64,000 nucleotides of DNA from Candidatus Poribacteria bacterium (GTDB lineage Bacteria; Poribacteria; WGA-4E; JAJDTR01). The translations under genes and the position numbers were made by a program. The DNA lies in contig CBDCTK010000002.1 in NCBI GenBank assembly GCA_965222225.1, positions 5,440,001-5,504,000 of the forward strand, given 5' to 3'. Shown here piece by piece: positions 1 through 10,800 of the stretch (its first letter is position 1; each line of letters begins with the position of its first letter). The notes under the pieces were generated by a model. That model searched no databases. It was not told where the DNA came from and saw nothing but the letters and a program-made list of their open reading frames with translations.

Positions 1-2189
1 GGTGCGACGCCGACCGGCCATTTAGCCTAGCCAAAATTGTCGTTGGATCGGAAGGCACGCTCGCAACAATTACCGAAGCTAAAATCGACCTCGTCGAAAC
101 TCCGAAGATGACCGCACTCAACGTGCTGCACTTTGAGACCTTGATTGAGTCGATGGAGGCGATGCAGCCTATACTGGAATGCAATCCGACCGCCGTTGAA
201 CTAATTGATGACAAAATTATTAACATGACGAAGCAGTCGCTTGAGTTCTCGCGTGTAACGAATTTCATCGAAGGTAATCCGGGTGCAATTCTGGCAGTAG
301 AATTCTACGGCGAATCTAAGGACGAACTTCAGGAAAAACTCGACGGACTTGAGCGTAAAATGAAATCTGTCGGTTTGGGACACGCTTTCGTGCGCTGTTT
401 TACCGCGGAAGAAAAGCAACGTGTTTGGGAAACGCGGAAGGCGGGGCTTGGATTGCTCATGGGGACGACAGGAGATCACAAACCGGTTGGGTTTGTTGAA
501 GATGCCGCTGTTGCCATTAAGGATCTGCCGGAATATATTCGGCGCTTCGACAAGATTGTCGCTGATCACGATACAACGGCTTCCCACTATGCACACGCTA
601 GTGTCGGATTACTCCATAATCGCCCGGTCATTAATCTCAAGTCAGAGTCGGATATCCAGAAGATGCACTCTATCGCTAGGCATGTTCGAGATTTGTTGAT
701 GGAGCTCGGTGGGGCAATGAGTGGTGAGCACGGTGACGGGCTTGTACGCAGCGAGTGGATTGAGGGCATGTTTGGCCCACAGATTTACGGCGCCTTGCGC
801 GAGGTCAAATCCGCTTTCGACCCGACCAACATAATGAATCCGGGCAAGATTATTGATCCGCCACCGATGACCCAATCATTGCGATTTGGGCCAAGTTATC
901 GCACAATCAAAATCGACACCTACTTTGACTTCTCAAGCCAAGACGGGTTCGCGGGGGCGATTGAGATGTGCAATGGCGTAGGTGCGTGCCGCAAAACCTT
1001 GACAGGTACAATGTGCCCCTCTTTTGTTGGGACGCGCGAAGAAGAACATTCCACCCGCGGCAGAGCGAACGCGCTCAGAGCTGTCATTTCGGGAACGCTC
1101 GCGCGTGAAAACTTCAAGAGTGAACGACTTCATGAAGTACTCGATCTTTGCCTGGAGTGCAAAGCTTGCAAAGCGGAATGTCCATCAAATGTGGATATGG
1201 CAAAGATAAAGTACGAGTTCCTGGCCCACTACTATAAGGAACATGGACTACCCCTCCGAAACCGTCTTTTTGGAGATATAGCCCGACTTAGCAAACTCGG
1301 ATCTAGGTTTGCCCCAGTATCAAATTGGTTTTTCGGCAATTCGTTTTTCAAGGGAATACTGGAAAAGTACGTCGGAGTCGATCAACGGCGTTCATTGCCG
1401 AACTTCGTCCATAAAACTTTCGAGAAGCGATTTTCACAGCATCGGCGCCCAACCGGAAACCAGAGGAAGCAAGTCGTACTCTTTCACGATACCTTCATGA
1501 ACTATAACTATCCTCAGGTCGGAGAAGCGGCGCTCCATGTGCTTGAAACTGCGGGGTTTGAGGTAATCTTGCCTAAGAAGAAGTGCTGCGGGCGTCCGAT
1601 GATCTCCAAGGGAATGCTTGAACAGGCCATCGAGAACGCGCGATACAATATCGAACAGTTAAAGCCCTACGCGGAAAAGGGAATCCCGATTGTCGGCTGC
1701 GAGCCTAGCTGTATCTTGGCGCTACGAGATGACTACGTCGATCTGGTTGAAGGTAGAGATGCCAAACTCGTTGGAGAGCATGCCTTCACAATTGAAGAGT
1801 TCCTGATGAATTCTCATGAGGCGGGCGAACTCAACCTCGATTTTACTGATGCCCAGAAAGACATCATTCTCCATGGACACTGTCATCAACGCGCGATTGT
1901 AGGTATCCAGCCGTCTGTGAAAGCCCTAAGCCTACCGCCGGGCTATAGTGTCGAGGTCATTGATTCAAGCTGTTGCGGTATGGCAGGCTCGTTCGGCTAT
2001 GAAAAGGAACACTACGACCTATCAATGAAAATTGGTGAACTGCGGCTCTTTGGTAAAATCAGAGAGAAGAAAGGCGATTTTGAAGTGGCAGTGGCAGGAG
2101 TTTCTTGCCGAGAACAAATTAAGCAGGGCACCGGTAAGGAACCTAAACATCTAATCGAATTGTTGGCTAATGCCATCCGCGAAAGGTAA
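1..2189 (+). CDS. FAD-linked oxidase fused to 4Fe-4S and CCG domains (GlcD/GlcF-type, YdiJ-like), 5'-partial
   Basis: The frame is open from position 3 (..VVGSEGTL..). It contains SGEHGDG, MNPGKI, CNGVGAC, CLECKACKAECP and two CCG motifs. Confidence 0.9.
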   Translation, partial: CDADRPFSLAKIVVGSEGTLATITEAKIDLVETPKMTALNVLHFETLIESMEAMQPILECNPTAVELIDDKIINMTKQSLEFSRVTNFIEGNPGAILAVEFYGESKDELQEKLDGLERKMKSVGLGHAFVRCFTAEEKQRVWETRKAGLGLLMGTTGDHKPVGFVEDAAVAIKDLPEYIRRFDKIVADHDTTASHYAHASVGLLHNRPVINLKSESDIQKMHSIARHVRDLLMELGGAMSGEHGDGLVRSEWIEGMFGPQIYGALREVKSAFDPTNIMNPGKIIDPPPMTQSLRFGPSYRTIKIDTYFDFSSQDGFAGAIEMCNGVGACRKTLTGTMCPSFVGTREEEHSTRGRANALRAVISGTLARENFKSERLHEVLDLCLECKACKAECPSNVDMAKIKYEFLAHYYKEHGLPLRNRLFGDIARLSKLGSRFAPVSNWFFGNSFFKGILEKYVGVDQRRSLPNFVHKTFEKRFSQHRRPTGNQRKQVVLFHDTFMNYNYPQVGEAALHVLETAGFEVILPKKKCCGRPMISKGMLEQAIENARYNIEQLKPYAEKGIPIVGCEPSCILALRDDYVDLVEGRDAKLVGEHAFTIEEFLMNSHEAGELNLDFTDAQKDIILHGHCHQRAIVGIQPSVKALSLPPGYSVEVIDSSCCGMAGSFGYEKEHYDLSMKIGELRLFGKIREKKGDFEVAVAGVSCREQIKQGTGKEPKHLIELLANAIRER

Positions 2190-2247
2190 AAGACGAGCAA
2201 AAGCGGAATAACATGGTTGTTCCGCCTCCAATGCCTCAAGACATTTG

Positions 2248-3819
2248 CTACGCGAGAAGTGGGAGATCGACTACGGTGATTTTGGGCCGCTTCAACACAG
2301 AGACCAGCGTAGGTCTCAACTCGGTAACCGTCTCGACTCGGAGTCCGTGCAGCCCGAATGATTCTGCGAGTTTTATGATATCCGGTTGAGGGCTCCGATG
2401 TTGGTGTTCAATAACTAATACGGAGACATTTATCCTCTGCTGTGCCGCTGTAGTGAGTTCGGAGGCCATCAGCGAGAATTCATCACGGTCCGTTACCGCG
2501 ACAATTTGGCGGTTCCGATGCGCAATCTTCGCGCCGATTGCGGCTGGAAGCGCATATCCCGCAATCCCCAAATCACACGAATGCAGGAGAGTTCGCGGCG
2601 AAGAAACATCAAAGTGATCTAGCAGAAGTTCGATTAGATGTACTCCGCTCACCGCCAGAATTGCCTCTTTGTCCAATACGGATCGCAGGATTTCTACAAT
2701 TTCGTGGTTTGTACCTTGGTTGGGCCTAAGGCCACCAAATGCGCTTGAGCCTGCCGTGGGGATTTTCCACTCGTTATGCGTCTCTAGTTCCTCGTCTCCA
2801 ATGATTTGCCTCAAAGCAGTCTTCGCATCTGCCACCATACCAATCCGCACTGGATAGTTTCTGCCAATTACCTTTTCTTCAATATCAATCTGAATGAGAT
2901 CTCTCGGCAAACGTAACTGTCCATCCTTTGTTGTGCGCCGTGACAAACTGCACCCAATCGCCATTACCGCATTGGATTGGAAAACGACAGAAGACGTTGC
3001 ATCATTGACCGCGTTCCCAATCATCCCTGCTGCGAGTGGATGCGTCGACGGAATTATTCCTTTGCTCATTGGTGTGACGTATACCGGGGCGTTTAGGAAT
3101 TCAGCGAGTTGGATGAGTTCGACTCTCGCACCTGCCGACACAACTCCGCCACCTGCGACAATCGCGGGATACTTTGCATGAGTCATCATTTCTGCGACGA
3201 GCGTGGTAAGGTGCGAGGTAAGCATGTTGAAGTATGCCGCTAGTGGAGCACCCTGAGAAACATTTCCTCTGGAAGGGAGAAACTCGGTTGATTCACTCTC
3301 TAATACATCAGACGGGATTTCTAAATGAACGGGCCCCGGGCTGCCAGATTCTATTAGCTCAAATGCTTGGCCAATCGTTTGAAAAATCTCTTCACGATTT
3401 TCGACTCGCCAATTCCATTTTGTTACGGCGTCGAATAGTTTCTGCAAGTCCACATGATTGAAGGGGGCGCGATGACGGTCTAACGGTATCTCGGATGCTA
3501 AATCATCGACAAACATCTGCTCCGTAATTAGAAGCAACGGTATGTTATCCGCATGAGCAGATGCAATCCCGGGTACTGCGCTGACCGCCGCATCTCCACC
3601 AGAAAGATGGCAAATCCCTACATTACCGGTCGCACGAGCGTATCCATCGGCCATAAGAACGGCAGCCTGAGCTGATTGTGCGGAGAAATATTGAACCTTG
3701 TCGGATTTCTCTACGGCATCACGAATCTTTGAAGCACCTTCTCCCGGCAGTCCGAAGACAGTATTAACCCCGTGCAATTCAAGCAACTCAACAATTAAAT
3801 CATCACCGGATCTTACCAA
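2248..3819 (-). CDS. ThDP-dependent enzyme fold (acetolactate synthase-like) with degenerate catalytic and cofactor motifs
   Basis: VFGLPG, MADGYAR, PGPVHLEIP and GYALPAAIGAK are present. The RHE and GDG motifs are absent. Confidence 0.85.
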   Translation of the reverse strand: MVRSGDDLIVELLELHGVNTVFGLPGEGASKIRDAVEKSDKVQYFSAQSAQAAVLMADGYARATGNVGICHLSGGDAAVSAVPGIASAHADNIPLLLITEQMFVDDLASEIPLDRHRAPFNHVDLQKLFDAVTKWNWRVENREEIFQTIGQAFELIESGSPGPVHLEIPSDVLESESTEFLPSRGNVSQGAPLAAYFNMLTSHLTTLVAEMMTHAKYPAIVAGGGVVSAGARVELIQLAEFLNAPVYVTPMSKGIIPSTHPLAAGMIGNAVNDATSSVVFQSNAVMAIGCSLSRRTTKDGQLRLPRDLIQIDIEEKVIGRNYPVRIGMVADAKTALRQIIGDEELETHNEWKIPTAGSSAFGGLRPNQGTNHEIVEILRSVLDKEAILAVSGVHLIELLLDHFDVSSPRTLLHSCDLGIAGYALPAAIGAKIAHRNRQIVAVTDRDEFSLMASELTTAAQQRINVSVLVIEHQHRSPQPDIIKLAESFGLHGLRVETVTELRPTLVSVLKRPKITVVDLPLLA

Positions 3820-4031
3820 TTCGTACCTCCTAATGTGCTGCGTGTGATGAATGAGACCTTAACGTCGTCACTGCGTCCAATAGTATGAGTTGTATCGTCA
3901 ACCGTGTGGGGTTTGTCATGAACTCAATAAAAGCGTTAGGGGTAAGACAACAACTGAAAAACTACTACTATCGCCTCATTTATCGAGTTGGAAACTGCTT
4001 AGTCTAAGACCTTATATTGCCTGGAGGAAAT

Positions 4032-5327
4032 GTGATTACACTGAATCCGTTAGCTAAAGAATTAAATGAGAAAATCCAATCCATGAATCCCGTTGTTTTC
4101 AACCTGTTGTCTTCACTTGGCCAGCGCTGTTATGTTCCCAAAGGTATTCTAAGCCAAAGTACGGAAGCGAATTTAAAAGCGTATCGTTCCAATGCGACCC
4201 GCGCAGTAGCACTTGAAAATGATATCGCCATGTATCTCCCGAGCTCTCGAAGGTTTGTTCCAGAGATTGCGCCCAATCTGGTCTACGGCTACGCACCGGC
4301 GCTGGGCCAAATAGAGCTGCGGAGACAATGGAGAACCAAGATAATTGTTGAAAATCCGACACTTGCCGGAAAGTCGTTCAGCACACCCATTGTTACGAGT
4401 GGAATGACACACGGTTTCAGTTTAATTGGTGACCTTTTTGTAAATGGGGGAGATGTGTTGGTCTTGCCCGATAAAATTTGGGGTAACTATCGATTAGTTT
4501 TTCAGACGAAATATGCGGCAGAGATTGTGACTTATCCTTTCTTCAATTCACTAGGAAGGTTGAATACGGAAGGGTTTTTCGAGTCCCTCATGCAAGCGGG
4601 GAAAGGACGCCAAAAGTTAATCGTAATTCTGAATTTTCCGCATAATCCCACAGGGTATGCCATTAACTTGGTGGAAGCAAAGCAAATTACCCAGGCAATC
4701 AGACAGGTCGCCGAACAGGGTGTCCGGCTTTTGGTCTTAGTTGATGACGCCTACTTTGGGTTGTGGTATGATGATAATGTCTTGCGGGAATCCCTCTTCG
4801 GATGGTTGACTAACCTCCATCCCAACATTATACCGGTCAAGATTGATGGGGCAACAAAAGAGGAGTATGCATGGGGATTGCGTGTCGGCTTTCTTACCTT
4901 CGGCCTGGACGAGGGCGAGATTAAACCGTTGGAAGAAAAGATTACCGCTCTGATTCGTGTGAGCACGTCAGGCGCCTCCCAGTTGTCACAGACGATGGTG
5001 TATCAGACGATGGACACACCCGGGTATAGAGCAGAAAAACAGCGAAAATATGAAACTCTGAAGGCTCGCGCTCTTAGAGTGAGAGAGGTTGTATACGGTC
5101 CAAGTTATAAAGGATTGTGGGAGGTGTACCCGTTTCACGCCGGATATTTTATGTGCATACGACTAAAACAAGGAAATGCTGAGGCGGTACGACAGCGTCT
5201 TCTTGACGAATACGGTATTGGCGTGATTTCGCTTGGGGATAAGGATCTCCGGATTGCCTATTCCTGTGTGGAGGAATCAGACATTCAATCACTATTTGAC
5301 ACTATCGCGAAAGCAACAAGAGCTTAG
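4032..5327 (+). CDS. PLP-dependent aminotransferase class I/II
   Basis: NFPHNPTG, DDAY and GATKEEYAWGLRVG motifs. A GGAGG RBS precedes GTG at 4032. Confidence 0.88.
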   Translation: MITLNPLAKELNEKIQSMNPVVFNLLSSLGQRCYVPKGILSQSTEANLKAYRSNATRAVALENDIAMYLPSSRRFVPEIAPNLVYGYAPALGQIELRRQWRTKIIVENPTLAGKSFSTPIVTSGMTHGFSLIGDLFVNGGDVLVLPDKIWGNYRLVFQTKYAAEIVTYPFFNSLGRLNTEGFFESLMQAGKGRQKLIVILNFPHNPTGYAINLVEAKQITQAIRQVAEQGVRLLVLVDDAYFGLWYDDNVLRESLFGWLTNLHPNIIPVKIDGATKEEYAWGLRVGFLTFGLDEGEIKPLEEKITALIRVSTSGASQLSQTMVYQTMDTPGYRAEKQRKYETLKARALRVREVVYGPSYKGLWEVYPFHAGYFMCIRLKQGNAEAVRQRLLDEYGIGVISLGDKDLRIAYSCVEESDIQSLFDTIAKATRA

Positions 5328-5499
5328 GTAGCACCGCGCTGCACCGCGTCGATTATTTGCCCGTCTTCTCTTGCTCCAACGATTCTCTTCGCTCCCACAA
5401 ATCGCTGGGTTCATAGCGTTCCACAGGTTGCAAACCTCTTGAACTATAGTGGAGACATGTTAGAGGCGAATCCCCAGTTATCCGCCCTTCCATCCTTTA

Positions 5500-5787
5500 G
5501 AGCCTGTTTGAAAAGTACAGTTTGTAGGGTGCGCACTGCGCACCAGCCTCTAAAAGCCCCAGAGTGGGATCAAGGGAGCGAATAGCGACTGCGATAGAAA
5601 TCCATGAAGGTGTAAGGTGTATAGAAACACCAAAACCCCGTGCACCTAAGCCACAGCGGGGATCAAGCGAGTGAATAACGAGTGCGATAGCAATCCCATA
5701 GGTATATAGCAGCCAACAATGAAAACATGAAAAAACTTTCTACAAATGACCAAAAATGGCTTTGCCACCGATTATTCAAACAGGTTC
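5500..5787. mobile_element. MITE-like non-autonomous element, copy 1
   Basis: Ends GAGCCTGTTTGAAAA and TTATTCAAACAGGTTC, with TTA on both sides. Homologous, in inverted orientation, to 47985-48171. Confidence 0.75.
5524..5544 (+). repeat. GTAG-type REP-like palindrome inside the MITE
   Basis: GTAG-GGTGCGCA-C-TGCGCACC. Confidence 0.55.
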
Positions 5788-7755
5788 TTAGAACTTACCA
5801 AATACGCGAACAAAGTTTTCCATATAGTTCTGGGCGTTTACATCGCTTGTCGCGCGCTGGTCAATGTATCGAATGCCGACGTGTAAGAACAGTTCCTTCT
5901 CATATGCCGTGAAACTTTTCTCCATTTCGGCGAGGAGGGCTTGGCGTATAAAATCGTTGTCGTCCGCAAGCATATCGTTGAAGAACAAGACTTGACCGCC
6001 GCCAGTGATTTTGATGGTTTTCGTGAACTGATAGACCGCTTTCAGAATCACCGCGGCAGTCATGTCCCGAACGTGACCATGCCCAATTTCGCGGAGGCGA
6101 ACGTGTTCGGACGTGGGCTCACCATCAATCTCACCCGTTACCCTCATGGCGTCAATGCGACTCTCCGCCATCAAAAAGCCGTTGCGAACCGTGTATTTGA
6201 GCATGGGGCTAATCTCGAGTGATTTCGATGGGCGTAGCCGATAAAGCGTTTTGACGATACCGACCTCGTAATGTCCATCCTCCTGATCGACATCAAGATT
6301 GTATCTCAGTTTTACGCGCGAGGTAGTCACCATTCGTTCAATCCCCGAATATTCCCATGTTAGTTTGACCGTATCAATAAGGTCATTCTGCATCAGCAGA
6401 GGATCTGTGCGGCGTTTCTCAACCTCGATGCCTCCTTCACCCTCGTAGAACTGGATGTCACCAGCCTCCTCCATCACCGTAACTTCGGGCAGATCTCGAT
6501 AGAGTTGCGCCTTGTCTGAACTCAAGAAGCCTGCGAAATACCACGTCTCATCCGGGATACGGTCTTTGACGAACTTAAGTTCATTCTCAAATACGACCGA
6601 GGTGTTCTGTGTAGGTTTTTTCCTGTAAACCAAGTCCCAGAATGCTTTGGTTGATGAAGCGGTAACCTCCGCGTTCCGTTCCTTGCGACTCCGCTCAAAC
6701 TGCATACCCAGTTCAAAATCGGTGGAGCTGTCTTCTCTACTGGTTTTTCGCTGCATGAGCAGCCGCACACCACGCAATCCAACATCAAACTCATAATTGG
6801 GGTCTTTGTCGTTTTCCTCTTCATCTCGGATACCATTGTTATTCCGATCGCTTTCGTCGAGAAAATCCTCATCAACATCGAACAGTAGGATATCATCCTC
6901 GTAATCAAATGTTCCGTTGTTGTTCTTGTCAAGGTCACCAGGGATAATTAGGGAAGGCGGGTCTTCTCCCGTATTATCCGTATACCTGTCCCCGTCATCG
7001 TTATCTCCGACAGAACGGGAGGCGTCAAATAGATGTCCGACGCGAAAGGCTTCAGCTTGAAATATTGTGTCCCCAACCGTCCGAAATCCTTTGAATACGG
7101 TGGTCGTAGCATCAAAACGAGAAGTGAAGGTTTCATCTAGTGCGCCTTTCGGCGTGACCGCCAATTCTCCTCTCAGACCGTAATTTGCAAAGTTCGTTTC
7201 CATGTCTATCGCCCAGACGGGCGTGTCTCGAAAATACCAAGAGAGACCGAGCTTGGATTTTCCGAACTTTGTAATTTCACGAATCCCGAAACCGGAACCT
7301 TCCAAGTCTTCACGGCCAACTACGGGATTTACAAGGCTTGGAACCATAATAAAGGTCCAATCGGTCCGCTCCGCGCGTACATCCCAACGCACCCCTGAGA
7401 AATCAATACGATCGAAGGTCGACTTTGTAAACGTAGTTGGTACTTCCCCTAGACTGAGGATATTCTTGACGTTACCGGCGGTTTCTTCAATGACCATCAC
7501 GCTGTGGAATCCGCGGCGAAACACACGATCGAAGTCAAAGTCATTCTGTCTAATCTGTTCCACATCCGTGTCCGAGAGGAAATCACGCCTGTTGGTAAAA
7601 TCATACTCCGCACGGCCTGACAGGAATAGTTTGCCGAATAAACTATATACATCTTCTGCTTCGGCTTGAAAAACCGGAATGCCCGAGAGCCAAAGAACCA
7701 TCACGCCTAAAATTGCGTAGGCCCGTAAATTAACATATGTTGAACGTTTTCTCAT
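5788..7755 (-). CDS. Secreted, putative outer-membrane beta-barrel protein with acidic Ca-binding-like loops
   Basis: Signal peptide from ATG 7755 (MRKRST..AEA). DxDxNNNG-like repeats, amphipathic strands and C-terminal FVRVFGKF. Confidence 0.6.
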   Translation of the reverse strand: MRKRSTYVNLRAYAILGVMVLWLSGIPVFQAEAEDVYSLFGKLFLSGRAEYDFTNRRDFLSDTDVEQIRQNDFDFDRVFRRGFHSVMVIEETAGNVKNILSLGEVPTTFTKSTFDRIDFSGVRWDVRAERTDWTFIMVPSLVNPVVGREDLEGSGFGIREITKFGKSKLGLSWYFRDTPVWAIDMETNFANYGLRGELAVTPKGALDETFTSRFDATTTVFKGFRTVGDTIFQAEAFRVGHLFDASRSVGDNDDGDRYTDNTGEDPPSLIIPGDLDKNNNGTFDYEDDILLFDVDEDFLDESDRNNNGIRDEEENDKDPNYEFDVGLRGVRLLMQRKTSREDSSTDFELGMQFERSRKERNAEVTASSTKAFWDLVYRKKPTQNTSVVFENELKFVKDRIPDETWYFAGFLSSDKAQLYRDLPEVTVMEEAGDIQFYEGEGGIEVEKRRTDPLLMQNDLIDTVKLTWEYSGIERMVTTSRVKLRYNLDVDQEDGHYEVGIVKTLYRLRPSKSLEISPMLKYTVRNGFLMAESRIDAMRVTGEIDGEPTSEHVRLREIGHGHVRDMTAAVILKAVYQFTKTIKITGGGQVLFFNDMLADDNDFIRQALLAEMEKSFTAYEKELFLHVGIRYIDQRATSDVNAQNYMENFVRVFGKF

Positions 7756-7804
7756 TAAGGAGTCCTTCGTTAGATTGGTGCGCAAGAGACGATCACTCGA
7801 ATCT

Positions 7805-10800
7805 TTATATTCCATCATGGTCGAAATGCTCGGTAAAAACCGTCCACGTCTTCGTGAGGGTATCATACCGCGTTAAACCACCATGGGTGCCTATCCAAAC
7901 AAAGTCGCCATCCATCGCTAGTGATAGAATACCGTTGTGCGGTAATCCATCCGCCATGGTAAGAATTGAAAACTCAGCCGTTGCCTTAGTCAACACGGTG
8001 ACTCCATTATCGAATGTGCCGAACCAAATCTCCGTGTCGTTGATGGCGATTGACGTAATCAGATCAGATCCTAGTCCATCCTTCTTTTTATAAACGTGCC
8101 AAATCCCGGTAGCTGTGTCGTAAACAGTCGTGCCATGGCCACTGCCGAACCATACGCGAGTCTTATCAACACCGATGCAACTCACCTCCTGGCTGGCAAG
8201 ACCGTCCCTCTGAGTAAAGGTTCGCCACGTTCTCTCGCTAAAATCATAGACAGAAACTCCCGTCTTGGTTCCAATCCAGATGCGATTGTTGTTGACCGCC
8301 AAGCAGCGGACATCATCGTTTTCCAGACTCTTGGTGTACTTCTGAGCAACTGTTGGGGTGATTTCGATTGCGGCGTTGTAGGTTTCCCAAGCGTTTGGAT
8401 CATCGGAGAAGATATTGTGCTTGCTGACGCCGTTCATTGTGCCAATCCAGACATCGGTACGGTTCTCGCCAATCGCGCGGATGTCCGCACTCGGCAAATG
8501 GTTCTCCTCCGTATATGCGTCGAACCTGTCGGCGATTCTGTCGTACCTGCCAACGCCGCCTTCGGTAGCAATCCAGACATAGCGTTTGCCAACCGATAAA
8601 TCAACGACATTATTGTCGACCAATTCGCTGATTTCGGCCTCTTTTGTGTCACCTACTTCTTCCTCCGATTCGTCAGTCGCCCTCTCGTTGTTTTGGTCCT
8701 CCTTCATCACCTTCTCGAAGTGCCGCCAAGTGTCATATTTCTTATCGTAACGACCCAATCCACGCTGTGTACCTGCCCAGACATACCGTTCGTCAACGGC
8801 TACGGCCACAACGCGACGACTCGCTAACGTCTCTTGCTTGACGAAGGTCGCCCACGTGTCGTTCTCCTTGTTATAGCGGCTCAAGCCATGCGCTGAGCCA
8901 ACCCACACGTACTCTGGATCCACCTTGATGCCATAATTGCGAATCTCATTGCTCGCCAAACCGTCCTCGGTTCCATAAGCTAACCATGCCCCTGAGGGTT
9001 CGTAATACCTGAGAACGCCGTCCTCATGTGTACCAACCCAGAAGGTATCGCCATCTTCCGCCACTGCTTCCACTCGGCCCTGACCGGTCACACCGTCCGC
9101 GCGGGTGAACGACGTCCATGTCTCTGTAGCGCGATTGCACCGATCAATGCCGTTCCACCCGTAGCTCCAGATGTACCGTTCGCCAATATGCCCGGAGTTT
9201 GGGCGTGCTGCGCGCACTCCCATCCGCTCATTATAGATAATCCACATATCTAGATTGGCGCGGTAACGACTTACACCATGGAGTTCGCGGCCTGAAATCC
9301 ATGAATAAGCGCTATCGCCGCCAGTCCAAACATCCTCTCCATCAGCGACGATCCAGCGTCCAAATCGGGAGGCTAGGCCGTGGGCTTCGGTGTACGCTTT
9401 CCACGTTTTCGTGCGCCAATCGTATCTCCGGATGCCATGTTCACCGGTTCCGAACCAAACATAATCATTCGTACACGCAACCGACTCAACCCGTCCTCCG
9501 TCTCCCGGCTCGACCACGTAGAATGTCTCCCATTGTCCAGTTATCTTATCGTAATGTGCCCCGCCTCCGCCTCGCAACGAGGCCCAAATCCCCCCAGATT
9601 GGTCAATCGCAACATGTTCAGCCCGACGATTAAGTGGCAGATGCTTCCAAGTGTCAGATCGCTTATTGTATTGAAGCATGCCGTTATCGGTCGTGATCCA
9701 GACATCTTCCTCCCCTACCGCTATACGTGGCACGTCTGTGATTAGTGAAGGATTGCCAGAGAGAGGTAGAGATTCCTTAGTATAGGTCATCCAAGTATCC
9801 GTCCGCCGATCGAACCTCAGAATTGCTCCATTTGGAGACGCGGACCAGTTGAGAACCCAAAAGTAATCGCCGTCTTTTGCCATCCAACGAATATCATCTT
9901 CCTGCAAAATGTCCACGCCATGATAAGGTTTGTGGCGATCCCATCGCCTTGTCGATTCATCCAGAATGGTCAGCCCCGCGACCGTACCGAAAAACACTCG
10001 GTTGCCACCGATAGCAATACTGTGTACATTGTTATGTAACAGCCCCTCCGACTCCATTGTGAGTATTTGCTGCACCTTAAGGTTGTCCTCAAAGCGACCA
10101 ACTCCGCCGGGGGTACCAATCCACATCACGTCATTATCTACGACAATAGACCTCACATTCGGGTTTGGTAACCCTTCTGTAATGTGAAGCGGGGTGTTGT
10201 CTTTAATTACCCATAATCCGTTTCGTGTACCCACAAGCAATTCACCATTCGAGCCTTGTGCTAACGTGTTAACGTAATCGCGAATCGTCGGATATGGTTC
10301 AAACGCTTCCGTCTCTGACGCTTTGCGATACAGCCCCGCCGTTGTCCCAGCCCAGAGGTCTTTGCCAAGCCGGAGCGTAGAGGTCACCCACCAATCTTCG
10401 AGATGGGATTTGACGCGCGGTTGGTGATTCTCAGGTGTCAACTGTAGTACATTGAGTCCGCTTCGTGTGGCAGCCCACACCTCTCCCTGGAAGATGCTCA
10501 CGTTTGTTACAAAATCGTCCGTCAATCCATTGCGCTGCGTGAAGAACCTCCAACGATTGTCTTGGATGACTCCTAGCCCGAGAGATGTGCCAATCCATGC
10601 TACACTGTTTTTGCGATCAACCGCAACAGAAGTGATGTAGTTTGTGACTAAGCCATTTGCTTTGGTATACGTCGTCCAATCGTTCTCGATCGGGTCGTAA
10701 CGGCTGAGTCCTCGGTTCGTACCAATCCATAGCGCGGTTCCTGACCAAGCTAAGTCATGAATCTGAGTCGATGCGAGTCTGTCTTTTCTAGAATACCAGC

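Noticed and set aside
5560-5705. CRISPR array
   Set aside because: Only two degenerate units inside a MITE, with no regular spacers and no cas genes.
7756-7866. N-terminal extension of ORF 5788-7866
   Set aside because: It overlaps the upstream gene, and the signal peptide starts at ATG 7755.
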